From: Candidatus Tayloriibacteriota bacterium
GTDB lineage: Bacteria; Patescibacteriota; Minisyncoccia; Phycocordibacterales; PALSA-1337
NCBI GenBank assembly: GCA_943350765.1
Contig: CALRAJ010000001.1
Location: 191,066 to 255,065 of the forward strand
DNA length: 64,000 nucleotides
Direction: 5' to 3'
Shown: piece after piece, positions 32,348 through 41,962 of the stretch
Numbering within the stretch: position 1 is the first letter of the stretch
How the letters are laid out: each line of letters opens with the position of its first letter
The notes under the pieces: generated by a model
The model's database searches: none
What the model was told of the DNA's origin: nothing
The model's input: only the letters and a program-made list of their open reading frames with translations
Position numbers and translations under genes: made by a program

Positions 32348-32611
32348 ACTTCTATAGTATACACCCATTAGTATTTTTTGTCAAGTAGTACACAATAGTC
32401 ACGATAAATACACAAATCTATCATTTTTTGTTAATTTTAATCAATTTCTTATAACAAATCACGCAAAATATGTGTTTTATTTATTTTACTATAAAATACC
32501 AACTAGCTTTAAAATAAACATGAAGCGTAGCTTGACATATACGACTAAATATGCTAGCTTGTATGTAGTCGTTTTTTTACAGCAGACAACGGTAGCGAAG
32601 AGGAAAAGCAA

Positions 32612-33007
32612 ATGCAAAAATACAATGTAGGACAGATCGTCTAGCGTGAGAGAAAATGTCCCCTGCGAATCTTTGAATTCAACGCGGAGACTGGCAAGTA
32701 CCGCCTCAAGCTTGTGTTGAGTCGTACTCATACCCATCACCTCCAACGATACTTTCCACTGGAAAATATCGTGGCTGGAGCAATCCTCACCTTTTCCAAA
32801 AGCGGTCGAGTGATTGAGCTCGTCGAAGAAACCTTCGAAGGCTGGTTGAATATGGATCCGACCACCATATTTGAGCTCACTGAGGCAGGGGTCGAGGATA
32901 TGCTCGCAGATGCTCATGCTCGAGACATATACCACGAGGTCGCCACCAAGGTTGAAAGTGGTGGCAATAGCCGGAACATCCGCTACCTTCCGAGGAATAC
33001 GAATTGA
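32612..33007 (+). pseudogene. Hypothetical gene interrupted by in-frame TAG at codon 11
   Basis: GAGGA RBS then ATG 32612; MQKYNVGQIV*RERK... continues in frame into track ORF 32714; TTGACA at 32532; terminator at about 33037-33080. Confidence 0.55.
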
Positions 33008-33174
33008 GTAAGTGTACGGTAACATCGGCTCCCACACCCACAACACACAGAACCTACTGTTTGTGTTGTGGGTTTTTTATTTTACTTGAATTCTATGATA
33101 TTTATTATGTTCGAAAATAAAAAGCCCGCCTGCAAAAATCGCAGACGGGTAACAAAGTTATGATGACTTACTTA

Positions 33175-33681
33175 TCACTGTGGATCAAACTTACCCCAGC
33201 TATCAACATAGCTCTCGTAGTGGCCGCTGTTTCCTATCCCATTTCCACCAAAACCTTTTGCAGGCGAGGGGGAAAGTGTGACCAATACTTCTTCTGGTGA
33301 CAACTTTTTGCCAGCGCCAGTAAGGTAATCTGTACCCGCTCCGACCATGGCCACAGGTGGCAACCAAATAAACGCCAGATTTTCAGCAATTTTTCCAGAC
33401 ATTGATGACCCTACTCTCCCATGAACGGTCAAATATCCAGGAAAACTAATCTGATATTTATGGTCTTTTTTCCGAGATAGCGGAACCAGCATGGGTGTGA
33501 TGCCCCTTTCAACATCATTTATCACCAGCCGTGCCCCCTGCGGTCGTGAGTCAAACATAACCATTTGCTCACCCACTGGGACGCCCTCATTTCCGCGAAC
33601 CTTCCTGTCCACCGAGGCACAACCTGTGCCAAGAAGGACAAGAACGATACTGACCAGAATCCACTGCACACGTTTTTTCAT
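33175..33681 (-). CDS. PEGA-domain lipoprotein
   Basis: Lipobox-like LGTGC; DSRPQGARLVIND..GITP. Confidence 0.8.
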   Translation of the reverse strand: MKKRVQWILVSIVLVLLGTGCASVDRKVRGNEGVPVGEQMVMFDSRPQGARLVINDVERGITPMLVPLSRKKDHKYQISFPGYLTVHGRVGSSMSGKIAENLAFIWLPPVAMVGAGTDYLTGAGKKLSPEEVLVTLSPSPAKGFGGNGIGNSGHYESYVDSWGKFDPQ

Positions 33682-33789
33682 AATGACTCGCTTCTGTATT
33701 GCTACTATTTACCAACAAAGCACAGAGAACACTCCTGTACCAACTACATGAAATATTAGCACCATCTATACAAAAAGTCAAATTTACAA

Positions 33790-35850
33790 TTATATATCTA
33801 TCGTCGCCTTTGTAGCATTGGACTGAATAAACGCTTTTCTAGCAGGTACATCAGTTCCCATAAGCATATCAAACACCTTATCTGCCTCAAATGCATCTCC
33901 GATAGAAACTTGTTTTAGTACTCTTTTTTCTGGATCCATTGTGGTCTCCTTTAGCTCCTCGGCATTCATTTCTCCGAGACCCTTGTATCGCTGAATATGA
34001 ATCTTGCTAGCCTTTTTATTTTTAGGATCAAAAAGATCATCCACAGGAGTATCCTCATCCGACTCATCACTTGCCTCAGAAATAGCAATGTCTTTGCCGA
34101 GTGCCTTTGTTTTTTCCTCATCTGAATAAAAATAAAGTATCTCCTTGCCACGCTTGACCTTGTAAAGTGGAGGCTGAGCAATATAAATAAATCCACCTTC
34201 TATCAGAGGCTTGAAATATCTATAGAGTAGGGTCAAAATCAGGGTACGGATATGGGCACCGTCTACATCGGCATCGGTGGCGATAATTATTTTATGATAA
34301 CGAAGCTTGGTAATATCAAAAGTATCTCCGATCGCGGTACCCATCGCTACTACTAGATTTTTGATTTGCTCTGAGCCCAGCATACGGTCGAGTCTAGCTC
34401 TTTCGATATTTAGAATCTTGCCTCGGAGTGGGAGTACCGCCTGAGTACGACGATCACGCCCTGTCTTTGCGGTACCACCTGCGGAGTCTCCCTCTACAAT
34501 AAATATCTCTGACTCGCTAGCGTCCTTGCTCTGGCAGTCTGCTAGCTTACCTGGCAAGGTCATACCTTCGAGAGCACCTTTTCGAAGCACGGAGTCCTTT
34601 GCAGCTTTTGCGGCCTTACGCGCTTTGAGTGCGAGAATAGACTTTTGAATAATTGCTCGAGCGTCATCTGGATTCTCCTCCATAAACATAGCAAAGGCTT
34701 CTCCAAAAACAGTCGCCACGGCTCCCTGTGCCTCTACACTACCGAGCTTTGCTTTGGTCTGACCTTCAAACTGTATCTCGCGAAGCTTTACAGACACTAC
34801 CGCAGTGAGACCCTCAAGCACATCATCTCCGGTAAAGTTGTCCTCGCTATCTTTTACCATCGTATTTTTACGAGCGTAGTTATTTATCGTCCTCGTGAGT
34901 GCAGTCTTGAACCCGGTCATGTGTGTACCACCTTCGCTGTTGTAGATATTGTTTGCAAAAGCGAGCAGTCTAGGTGAGATATCGTCCACATACTGAAGTG
35001 CGACTTCTACGGACTCTACCCCCTCAACCTTCTTTTCAATATAGAAAATATTTTTGTGGATCGGCTTCTGGAATTGATTATTGAACTTTACCAAAGAAAT
35101 AAGTCCTCCCTCAAAATAAAATGTCTGGGATGGGGCGTCGATACCCAAATCACGGAAATAAAAAACATCAGCCATGTCTATTTTATCCGGACATTCTCTT
35201 GCATCTATCACAGATATACGAAGACCTTTGACAAGGTAAGCCTGCTGACGCATGTGGTTTGCAACACGAGCAAAATCAAAAATTACACCTTCTTTAAAAA
35301 TATCTTTGTCTGGCTCAAAACAAACGATAGTACCATGGAGCTTACTCGAATCTATTTTCTTTACCGCAGATTTCTTTTTACCCTGACTATATTCCTGCAT
35401 ATACACACCACCATCTCGGTGGACTGTAACCTGACAGAAGATAGAGAGAGCATTGACCACCGAAGCACCCACACCGTGGAGACCTCCAGAGACTTTGTAT
35501 CCCTCACCTCCAAACTTACCTCCAGCATGAAGCACGGTCATAACAGTCTCGAGTGCCGAAACTTTGGTCTTTGAATGTGTATCGACTGGAATACCTCGGC
35601 CATTGTCTACTACACGAACGCGATTTTCTGGAAGAAGTGTGATTTCTATATCATTACAAAAACCACCCATCGCTTCGTCGCGAGAGTTATCAAATATTTC
35701 GGTGATAAGGTGATGTAGTCCGTCTGGTCCAGTCGTACCGATATACATACCGGGACGCTTTCTTACAGGATCAAGACCTTCAAGCACAGTGATTTCATCA
35801 GCACCATACGAACCCTTTTTTACATCTTTTTCATCGCTATTTTTTGCCAT
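33790..35850 (-). CDS. gyrB: DNA gyrase subunit B
   Basis: VRKRPGMYIG, LHAGGKF, EGDSAGG, PLRGK, DADVDG, RYKGLGEM. Confidence 0.96.
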   Translation of the reverse strand: MAKNSDEKDVKKGSYGADEITVLEGLDPVRKRPGMYIGTTGPDGLHHLITEIFDNSRDEAMGGFCNDIEITLLPENRVRVVDNGRGIPVDTHSKTKVSALETVMTVLHAGGKFGGEGYKVSGGLHGVGASVVNALSIFCQVTVHRDGGVYMQEYSQGKKKSAVKKIDSSKLHGTIVCFEPDKDIFKEGVIFDFARVANHMRQQAYLVKGLRISVIDARECPDKIDMADVFYFRDLGIDAPSQTFYFEGGLISLVKFNNQFQKPIHKNIFYIEKKVEGVESVEVALQYVDDISPRLLAFANNIYNSEGGTHMTGFKTALTRTINNYARKNTMVKDSEDNFTGDDVLEGLTAVVSVKLREIQFEGQTKAKLGSVEAQGAVATVFGEAFAMFMEENPDDARAIIQKSILALKARKAAKAAKDSVLRKGALEGMTLPGKLADCQSKDASESEIFIVEGDSAGGTAKTGRDRRTQAVLPLRGKILNIERARLDRMLGSEQIKNLVVAMGTAIGDTFDITKLRYHKIIIATDADVDGAHIRTLILTLLYRYFKPLIEGGFIYIAQPPLYKVKRGKEILYFYSDEEKTKALGKDIAISEASDESDEDTPVDDLFDPKNKKASKIHIQRYKGLGEMNAEELKETTMDPEKRVLKQVSIGDAFEADKVFDMLMGTDVPARKAFIQSNATKATIDI

Positions 35851-36026
35851 AATTTTAACAAAAGAAAAAAGCTCCCTGCTCTTTATACTTTATATTATAG
35901 CAAATTTAATATAAAAGATACAGCCACCCATTATCCCTTGATTTATTACCTAAAAATGTAATACTTTAGCCTGATAAGCTCCTGTCGTGTTTGGCAAATA
36001 AAAAACTAAGCTATACGGATTTATTT

Positions 36027-36257
36027 ATGGATCCTAAAAATAAAGTACGGATTGCACGAGTCATGCTCGGGATTATTTTGATTGTCGGGTCAGTACTTTC
36101 CATCACCCAATCTCTGTGGTGGATACCTATATCATGGTTTAGTGCTGGAATAACTGCCTGCCTAATCACTTTTGGCTTCAAGCAGATGATCGCTACATTT
36201 ATTGTTGGTCTTTTTTGTGGTCCGATTACGCTCATAATTATCGCTCGTGATAAATGA
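36027..36257 (+). CDS. Small membrane protein
   Basis: Three hydrophobic segments. Confidence 0.55.
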   Translation: MDPKNKVRIARVMLGIILIVGSVLSITQSLWWIPISWFSAGITACLITFGFKQMIATFIVGLFCGPITLIIIARDK

Positions 36258-36353
36258 GTAGAAACCAATCTTATCAGTCGCTCCTTACCCATAAGAGCGA
36301 TTTTTTAATTACTCTACTTTACTTTAGAACAATTTTGACCTACACTAAGGGAC

Positions 36354-37526
36354 ATGAAAACAGAAAAAAAACACGCTGATTCTGGTCTATCTAGGACAAT
36401 ATTTACCGTCCCTATTACTGAACAGGTCAAACTTTTAAAAGCCTTGGATGGACGACAAGATGCCGAGGCTCTCCGCATAAAACGCTATCTAGCTATGGCA
36501 GACCTTTCTCGCACCAAAGGTAACCCACTTTCTGAAATCAGCGAACGAGTAACAAACCTCCCTGTACTCAAAAACTTTGACCACATAGAGATACCTGAGG
36601 TTATTCCTACCAAAATTCTCTTTGACCTCTTCAACTTCGCTCCAGACCACCCTGCTCGAAGCACCTCCGACACCTACTATGTCGATCCAAAAAATGTCCT
36701 CCGTACGCACGACACCGTGATGTGGTATTACTACTTCCAGCTCGAGGAAATAAAAAAGAAAATCGCTGAGGGTAAAGAGCTCGGTGTGATGTGCTACGGT
36801 AAAGTCTACCGCAAAGACGAAATCGACCGACATCACATGAACATCTTTCATCAGATGGGCGGACTGTATCTCGTGCCAGATAGTCAGAAAATGCTTACCA
36901 TCGAAGATTTGAAAACAGTACTCTCAGGCGTAGTGCAAAGTGTGTTCGGCAAAGACATCAAATATCGCTTCAACCCAGACACCTTCCCCTACACCGATCC
37001 ATCTCTCGAGGTAGAGGTAGAGATCAAAGGCGAATGGATTGAGATCCTAGGCGGTGGTATGCCACGAAAGAGTGTGCTCAAGGATTTCGGCGTCGAGGGC
37101 TACAATGGCTGGGCCTTCGGCTTTGGTCTCGAGCGTCTCGCCATCATCAGTATGCAGCTGCCAGACATCCGCCTTCTCTGGTCTGAGGATGAGCGTGTAA
37201 AAAAGCAACTCAAGCTTGGAAATAAATTTGTCGAAATCAGTAAATACCCACCTATCGTCCGCGACATTTCTTTTGTGGTAAAGAATGATTTTATTCCAAA
37301 CGACTATTTTGACACCGTAAGGGAGACCGCTCCGGGACTTGTCGAGGAAGTTGAGCTTTTGGATAAATACGAGAATGCTAAAAAGTTTGGCGAGGGTAAC
37401 CTCAGCTACGCCTTCCGCATCACCTACCGATCACTTGACCGAACTCTCACTTCAGCTGAAATTGATACGATTCATAAAAGTCTTGAGGATGTGACTAAAA
37501 AGGCGTTTAGGGCGGTGGTGAGGTAA
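36354..37526 (+). CDS. pheS: Phenylalanine--tRNA ligase, single-chain alpha-catalytic plus FDX-ACB fusion
   Basis: LRTH, YRKDEIDRHH..FHQ, FPYTDPS, GWAFGFGLERLA, DIR; C-terminal SKYPPIVRDISF...YRSLDRTLT. Confidence 0.92.
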   Translation: MKTEKKHADSGLSRTIFTVPITEQVKLLKALDGRQDAEALRIKRYLAMADLSRTKGNPLSEISERVTNLPVLKNFDHIEIPEVIPTKILFDLFNFAPDHPARSTSDTYYVDPKNVLRTHDTVMWYYYFQLEEIKKKIAEGKELGVMCYGKVYRKDEIDRHHMNIFHQMGGLYLVPDSQKMLTIEDLKTVLSGVVQSVFGKDIKYRFNPDTFPYTDPSLEVEVEIKGEWIEILGGGMPRKSVLKDFGVEGYNGWAFGFGLERLAIISMQLPDIRLLWSEDERVKKQLKLGNKFVEISKYPPIVRDISFVVKNDFIPNDYFDTVRETAPGLVEEVELLDKYENAKKFGEGNLSYAFRITYRSLDRTLTSAEIDTIHKSLEDVTKKAFRAVVR

Positions 37527-37547
37527 AGCCTTTTTAATCATGAAAGA

Positions 37548-38309
37548 TTACTTCGCTAAAAAAATCGGGAACTCGAATTTTAAATTGTATCCTTTTTTTG
37601 TTACTCTAGCACTATTTTTACAATCTTTTAGAATCTCTTGTCCTAAGCCAATATCATCACCTGTTAAACCATAGCGCTTGATGTGGTCTTGCTCAGTTAA
37701 ATTAAGAATCTTTCCTCCTCCAATCTTCTCAAAAAAATTAAAACCTGCGTTTAAATAAATACTCTCTAAATCAGATGATTGAAAAAGTCTTTTGCCGATT
37801 TTATTAACAGTATTGTACATCAAACTCACTAAATTTCTCTCGACAACATCAGAAATATACGCAGGCTGATTTATAAATAATCCCTCAGACTTTAGATGCC
37901 TTTTAATTATCTTTAGCACGGTAATTTGTAATTCTTCTGAAGGGAAATAATCCAGTGCACTTCGCATAATAATGAGGTCAAATTTTTTACCCAAGTCCAT
38001 GTCAAGTAAATCGAGGCAAAATCTTTTGGTTTTTGGATTTTTATTTTCATCAAGATGTTTTTGAGAAATATCGACAATAGTAAGATTAGCTTTCCCAAGG
38101 TTAGCGAGCAATCTCTCGCCGAGAAGTCCAGAAGCCGATGCAACATATAAAATATCGAGCTCTTTATTTGGTAAGAAAGGCTTAACTGCACTTATAAACA
38201 ATTGGATATTATCTTCATCTGAAAAATAATTCCCATACGTTAAAAGCCATTCCTTGCCGAGAACCTTTTTATCTCTGTCCAAATTATATTTTGCTAATCT
38301 CGATGTCAT
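37548..38309 (-). CDS. SAM-dependent methyltransferase-like protein
   Basis: ILYVASASG, IVDIS, FDLIIMRSALDY; low GC. Confidence 0.75.
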   Translation of the reverse strand: MTSRLAKYNLDRDKKVLGKEWLLTYGNYFSDEDNIQLFISAVKPFLPNKELDILYVASASGLLGERLLANLGKANLTIVDISQKHLDENKNPKTKRFCLDLLDMDLGKKFDLIIMRSALDYFPSEELQITVLKIIKRHLKSEGLFINQPAYISDVVERNLVSLMYNTVNKIGKRLFQSSDLESIYLNAGFNFFEKIGGGKILNLTEQDHIKRYGLTGDDIGLGQEILKDCKNSARVTKKGYNLKFEFPIFLAK

Positions 38310-38448
38310 ACTTTTTAGAAAAAATCTATTCTTTGATAGATACAAATATACTGAAAGTTCTAATGATTAGCAAGGATGGTCCTTGATAACAATAAAGGGG
38401 TCAGGTACCTTTGAATAGACAAGTAGGGCGGTCAAGTATTTTTATACA

Positions 38449-38736
38449 CTAATTCCCCATTCGTTTTAACTTTCTATAGACATCATCGTCATTTCTTTTT
38501 CCTATCAAAGTCATATACAAAAACTCTTTAGACCAGCGGTAAACGATTCGGTACTCACCGATATCAGCGCGGTAATATTCTTTGTATCCGCGCAAAATAC
38601 TTGCATCCGATGCTTTCGGATTTTCAGCGAGTTTAAAAATCTTTTCGGCTATTTGCCGACACTGCTTCGGTGGCAATTTTTTAAGAAACTTCTCAGAGAC
38701 TCTTGAGAGATTAATCTCGAGCATGGAGAGCTTCAT
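38449..38736 (-). CDS. RelE/ParE family toxin
   Basis: YRADIGEYRIVY, IGKRND; overlaps the antitoxin. Confidence 0.9.
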   Translation of the reverse strand: MKLSMLEINLSRVSEKFLKKLPPKQCRQIAEKIFKLAENPKASDASILRGYKEYYRADIGEYRIVYRWSKEFLYMTLIGKRNDDDVYRKLKRMGN

Positions 38737-38971
38737 TTAAAAGCTTGCGACTTTTAGCCACTCCAATATAGCCCTTTTTATGTGCGCGAGTAGAGAGCTC
38801 GCCCCAATACGCGTCTCGACGAGCCTCAAATTCATTGTACTCATCCATAGACATAACTACCGCCACCTGTCGGCCATTTTTCAGGACGGCCACAGGAGAT
38901 AGTCGTGCCTCTTCTAAAAGCCGTCCGAAATTATTCTTCGCTTCTTTTGCAGTAAAGATTGATGTGATCAT
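38711..38971 (-). CDS. Phd/YefM family antitoxin
   Basis: TAKEAKNNFGRLLE..PVAVLKNGRQVAVVMS. Confidence 0.9.
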   Translation of the reverse strand: MITSIFTAKEAKNNFGRLLEEARLSPVAVLKNGRQVAVVMSMDEYNEFEARRDAYWGELSTRAHKKGYIGVAKSRKLLNEALHARD

Positions 38972-39022
38972 GGTAGCTATTATAGCCAAAGTAGCTCTTT
39001 TGTCAATATTATGTATCCGCCA

Positions 39023-40192
39023 TTATTCAATAATCCCTCCACCGAGACAGACTTCCCAGTCATAGAGTACGAGGGACTGACCTGGGGAAATACTTTCTGG
39101 TGGTTTATCAAAAGCCACCTGCAATGTTTCATCTGTGTATACGATTATTTTGCATACGAAAAGTGCCTGACGATACCTAGATCTTGCAGTATAAGGATAA
39201 TTTATTTTTATTTCAGCTGGATTTAGGATATTAACTTTTATAAGTTTAATTTTTAGAATATCCCTACTAGACTGATGCATCTGAGTAAATGATGACACTG
39301 TGATCGTATTCCTGGACATGTCCTTTGAAACCACATAATAAGCCTCGTCATGTGTCGTCTTTTTGGTAATAGTAAAACCATGCCTTTCTCCGATAGTAAA
39401 AAAAGTTGCTCCATCATGAAAACCAATCACACCGCCATCGCTTGACAGAACATCCCCTCGCACAGGCTCTATATATCTCTTGAGAAAGTCCTTTACATCT
39501 ACCTTGCCTATAAAACAAAGTCCTTGACTGTCTTTTTTATCTGCATTAGCTAGTCCAAACTTTTCAGCGTATTTCCGTACCTCAGGCTTTTCCAAATCAC
39601 CAACAGGAAAAAGGGTGTGGGCTAGCTGATCGGCAGTCAGTGTCCAGAGAAAATATGATTGATCTTTGTTGGTATCAAGGGCAGTCAAAAGTCGAAAGTC
39701 AAAAGTACCCAGTCTATCATTCTTTGTGTCGCTTACGACTCGTACCTTTTGACTTTTGACTTGCTCAATCCGTGCATAATGCCCTGTCGCCACATAGTCC
39801 GCTCCTTGTGCCATAGCCCATTTATAAAACCCACCAAATTTTACATATTTATTACACATCACATCAGGGTTTGGAGTCCGTCCGAGGCGGTACTCGGCAA
39901 TCATATAGTCCACCACTTCCTGCTTGTATTCCTCCTCGAGATCAAGGGTGATAAATGGTATACCGAGCTTTGCAGCCACCCTCATAGCATCGAGCCTATC
40001 TTCACGCCATGTACAAGTAAACCACTCTGGTTGCCAGACCTTGATAAACACCCCCGTCACATTATATCTAGCCTTTTTAAGTAATACTGCCGAAACTGAT
40101 GAATCTACGCCTCCAGACATACCGACGAAGACCTTAGGTTTAAGAGTGGTATCGGTATTCTTGTGTTTAGTCCAAATTCTTTCCATTTTCAT
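39023..40192 (-). CDS. mnmA: tRNA 2-thiouridylase MnmA
   Basis: GMSGGVDSSV, TPNPDVMCN, ATGHYAR, KDQSYFL, KKDSQGLCF, PGQ; native start near 40186-40192. Confidence 0.95.
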   Translation of the reverse strand: MKMERIWTKHKNTDTTLKPKVFVGMSGGVDSSVSAVLLKKARYNVTGVFIKVWQPEWFTCTWREDRLDAMRVAAKLGIPFITLDLEEEYKQEVVDYMIAEYRLGRTPNPDVMCNKYVKFGGFYKWAMAQGADYVATGHYARIEQVKSQKVRVVSDTKNDRLGTFDFRLLTALDTNKDQSYFLWTLTADQLAHTLFPVGDLEKPEVRKYAEKFGLANADKKDSQGLCFIGKVDVKDFLKRYIEPVRGDVLSSDGGVIGFHDGATFFTIGERHGFTITKKTTHDEAYYVVSKDMSRNTITVSSFTQMHQSSRDILKIKLIKVNILNPAEIKINYPYTARSRYRQALFVCKIIVYTDETLQVAFDKPPESISPGQSLVLYDWEVCLGGGIIE

Positions 40193-40540
40193 TTGATTAA
40201 TCGGACCGAGCATGGCACCCACATTAAAGGTTCCGGGAAGGTCTTTTCTGCTGATTTCCCGTTCCTCAATTTTGTTAGGGAATGGTATGGTGGCGAAAAT
40301 CTTGATATTCTCACCTTCTACGACCACTTCATCGATTATAAGCTTGATAATATCTTTTTTTAGCCGTTCTGTCACGATTTTCGGATCGTTTATCTTACTC
40401 AAAAACCTGTGGCAAGTTTCTTGAAAAAGTTCGATCCTTGCATTCACATTATGCTGAACATTCAGCTTATTCATCAGTCCATCTCTTTCGCTGATCAACT
40501 TTTATTCGCTTAGCTCAATAAGTTTTTGATGGTGATTTCC
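40193..40540 (-). pseudogene. Probable remnant of a large serine recombinase C-terminus, in frame with mnmA
   Basis: KKDIIKLIIDEVVVEGENIKI resembles an LSR C-terminal motif; frame continues upstream through a TAA (LIELSE*KLISERD). Confidence 0.5.
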
Positions 40541-40553
40541 TGTGGCATATTAC

Positions 40554-41846
40554 TTAAGGTTTCTTATCGAGAAGCCATTTCCAGAGTGGTTTGAATTGTA
40601 TAGTCTTCCCGTCTTTTTTCACTTCTCGTTCCTCGTCCCATGTGAGTATGGTAAGCGTGTCTACATTTAATTCACCGCTTGCTTCAAATAGGGCTCTTGT
40701 TTCTCTCTGCTCGACATCTGAATTTATTGACTCATAGCAAACTTGTATCAGTTCGGTTACCACATGTCCTTGCTTGAGTACAAAATCGACTTCGCGTTCA
40801 TTACGAGTCTTATAATAGAACAATTCTCTATTTGGTTTAGCTCCACGCTTGACCAATTCAGTAAAGACCAAGTTTTCCATTAGTTTGCCTTTATCAGGAG
40901 AGTGTTGTACTGCTTTGGCAATTATAAAACCGTTATCAACAGCATAAACCTTTCGGGGAGATTTTATACGTTCCATTGATTTTGGAGAGTATCGTAGTAG
41001 AGAAAAGACTAGATACGCTTCCTCAAGATAATTTATATATTTCTCTATGGTTGTAGTGCTCTTTAAATTCAAAGCCTCCATCAGTTTTCTAACTGTATAT
41101 AAACTAGAAAAATTGTTTATCAGATGATTGGCTAGATTGCTTACCTGAGTTGAGAATTTAACTCTATGTCTTTTGACCACATCCTTGAAAAGTACTGCAT
41201 CAAGAAGAACATCAAGATAGTCTTTGGGGTCGACATTGCTTACCGCCACCTCGGGAAATCCACCGTTGAGCAGATAGTTCTCCGTAAGATTCAGAAGCTC
41301 GCCTCGTTGTCGTGGCAAAGAAGAGTATTCCTGATTTATTTGAAATTTTTTTGATCGAAGAAATTCATTGAAATCAAACGGTAGTATTTCTATGGGCATA
41401 TGTCTGCCAGTAAGGTGTGTAGCAAGTTCTTTCGAAAGCAATTGTGCGTTGGACCCAGTGAGTACCAAATTGTATCCGCCTCGGTGCAGACGATTTGCAA
41501 ATAACTCCCAACTTGGCAAGTTTTGAATCTCGTCAAATAAAATGGTTTTTACATCACTGCCATAAGTGGCGTGCAGTTCTTTCATTAGTTCATCCGTAGA
41601 TATGCCCCCCACACTCGACAATACTTCATCATCGAAATTGAAGTACATAAACGGACGGTCTTTCAAAAGTACGAGCGAAAATATTGATTTTCCAGCTCGT
41701 CTGGGACCGAGAACTACTTTTATCAAACTAGAATCCAGCCATTTTTTAGCAAATGGTTCTTTGGTTCGATCTATATAAGCAAGAGCTAAAAGCTCCTCTT
41801 TTTGTAGTTTTTGACCAGAAACTATATCTTTTAGGTTATTTTGCAT
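40554..41846 (-). CDS. AAA+ ATPase (AAA_14 plus DUF4143)
   Basis: GPRRAGKS, FDEIQ, LTGSN, GGFPE, KVYAVDNG, EVDFV..QV. Confidence 0.9.
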   Translation of the reverse strand: MQNNLKDIVSGQKLQKEELLALAYIDRTKEPFAKKWLDSSLIKVVLGPRRAGKSIFSLVLLKDRPFMYFNFDDEVLSSVGGISTDELMKELHATYGSDVKTILFDEIQNLPSWELFANRLHRGGYNLVLTGSNAQLLSKELATHLTGRHMPIEILPFDFNEFLRSKKFQINQEYSSLPRQRGELLNLTENYLLNGGFPEVAVSNVDPKDYLDVLLDAVLFKDVVKRHRVKFSTQVSNLANHLINNFSSLYTVRKLMEALNLKSTTTIEKYINYLEEAYLVFSLLRYSPKSMERIKSPRKVYAVDNGFIIAKAVQHSPDKGKLMENLVFTELVKRGAKPNRELFYYKTRNEREVDFVLKQGHVVTELIQVCYESINSDVEQRETRALFEASGELNVDTLTILTWDEEREVKKDGKTIQFKPLWKWLLDKKP

Positions 41847-41882
41847 AGTATTTTACTTACACTGGGCAAAATAGGTTGTTTT

Positions 41883-41909
41883 TGACCAGTACAGATAGTA
41901 TACTGGTCA
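41883..41909. promoter_or_regulatory. Operator-like palindrome TGACCAGTA-N9-TACTGGTCA
   Basis: Perfect inverted repeat in the divergent promoter gap. Confidence 0.55.
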
Positions 41910-41962
41910 GGATTGGGGACGTCAACAAACAATGTGGGTAATCGAAAAATACCCTAAATTTT

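Noticed and set aside
32489-33046. 185-aa minus-strand ORF
   Set aside because: Promoter, RBS and terminator all support the plus strand instead.
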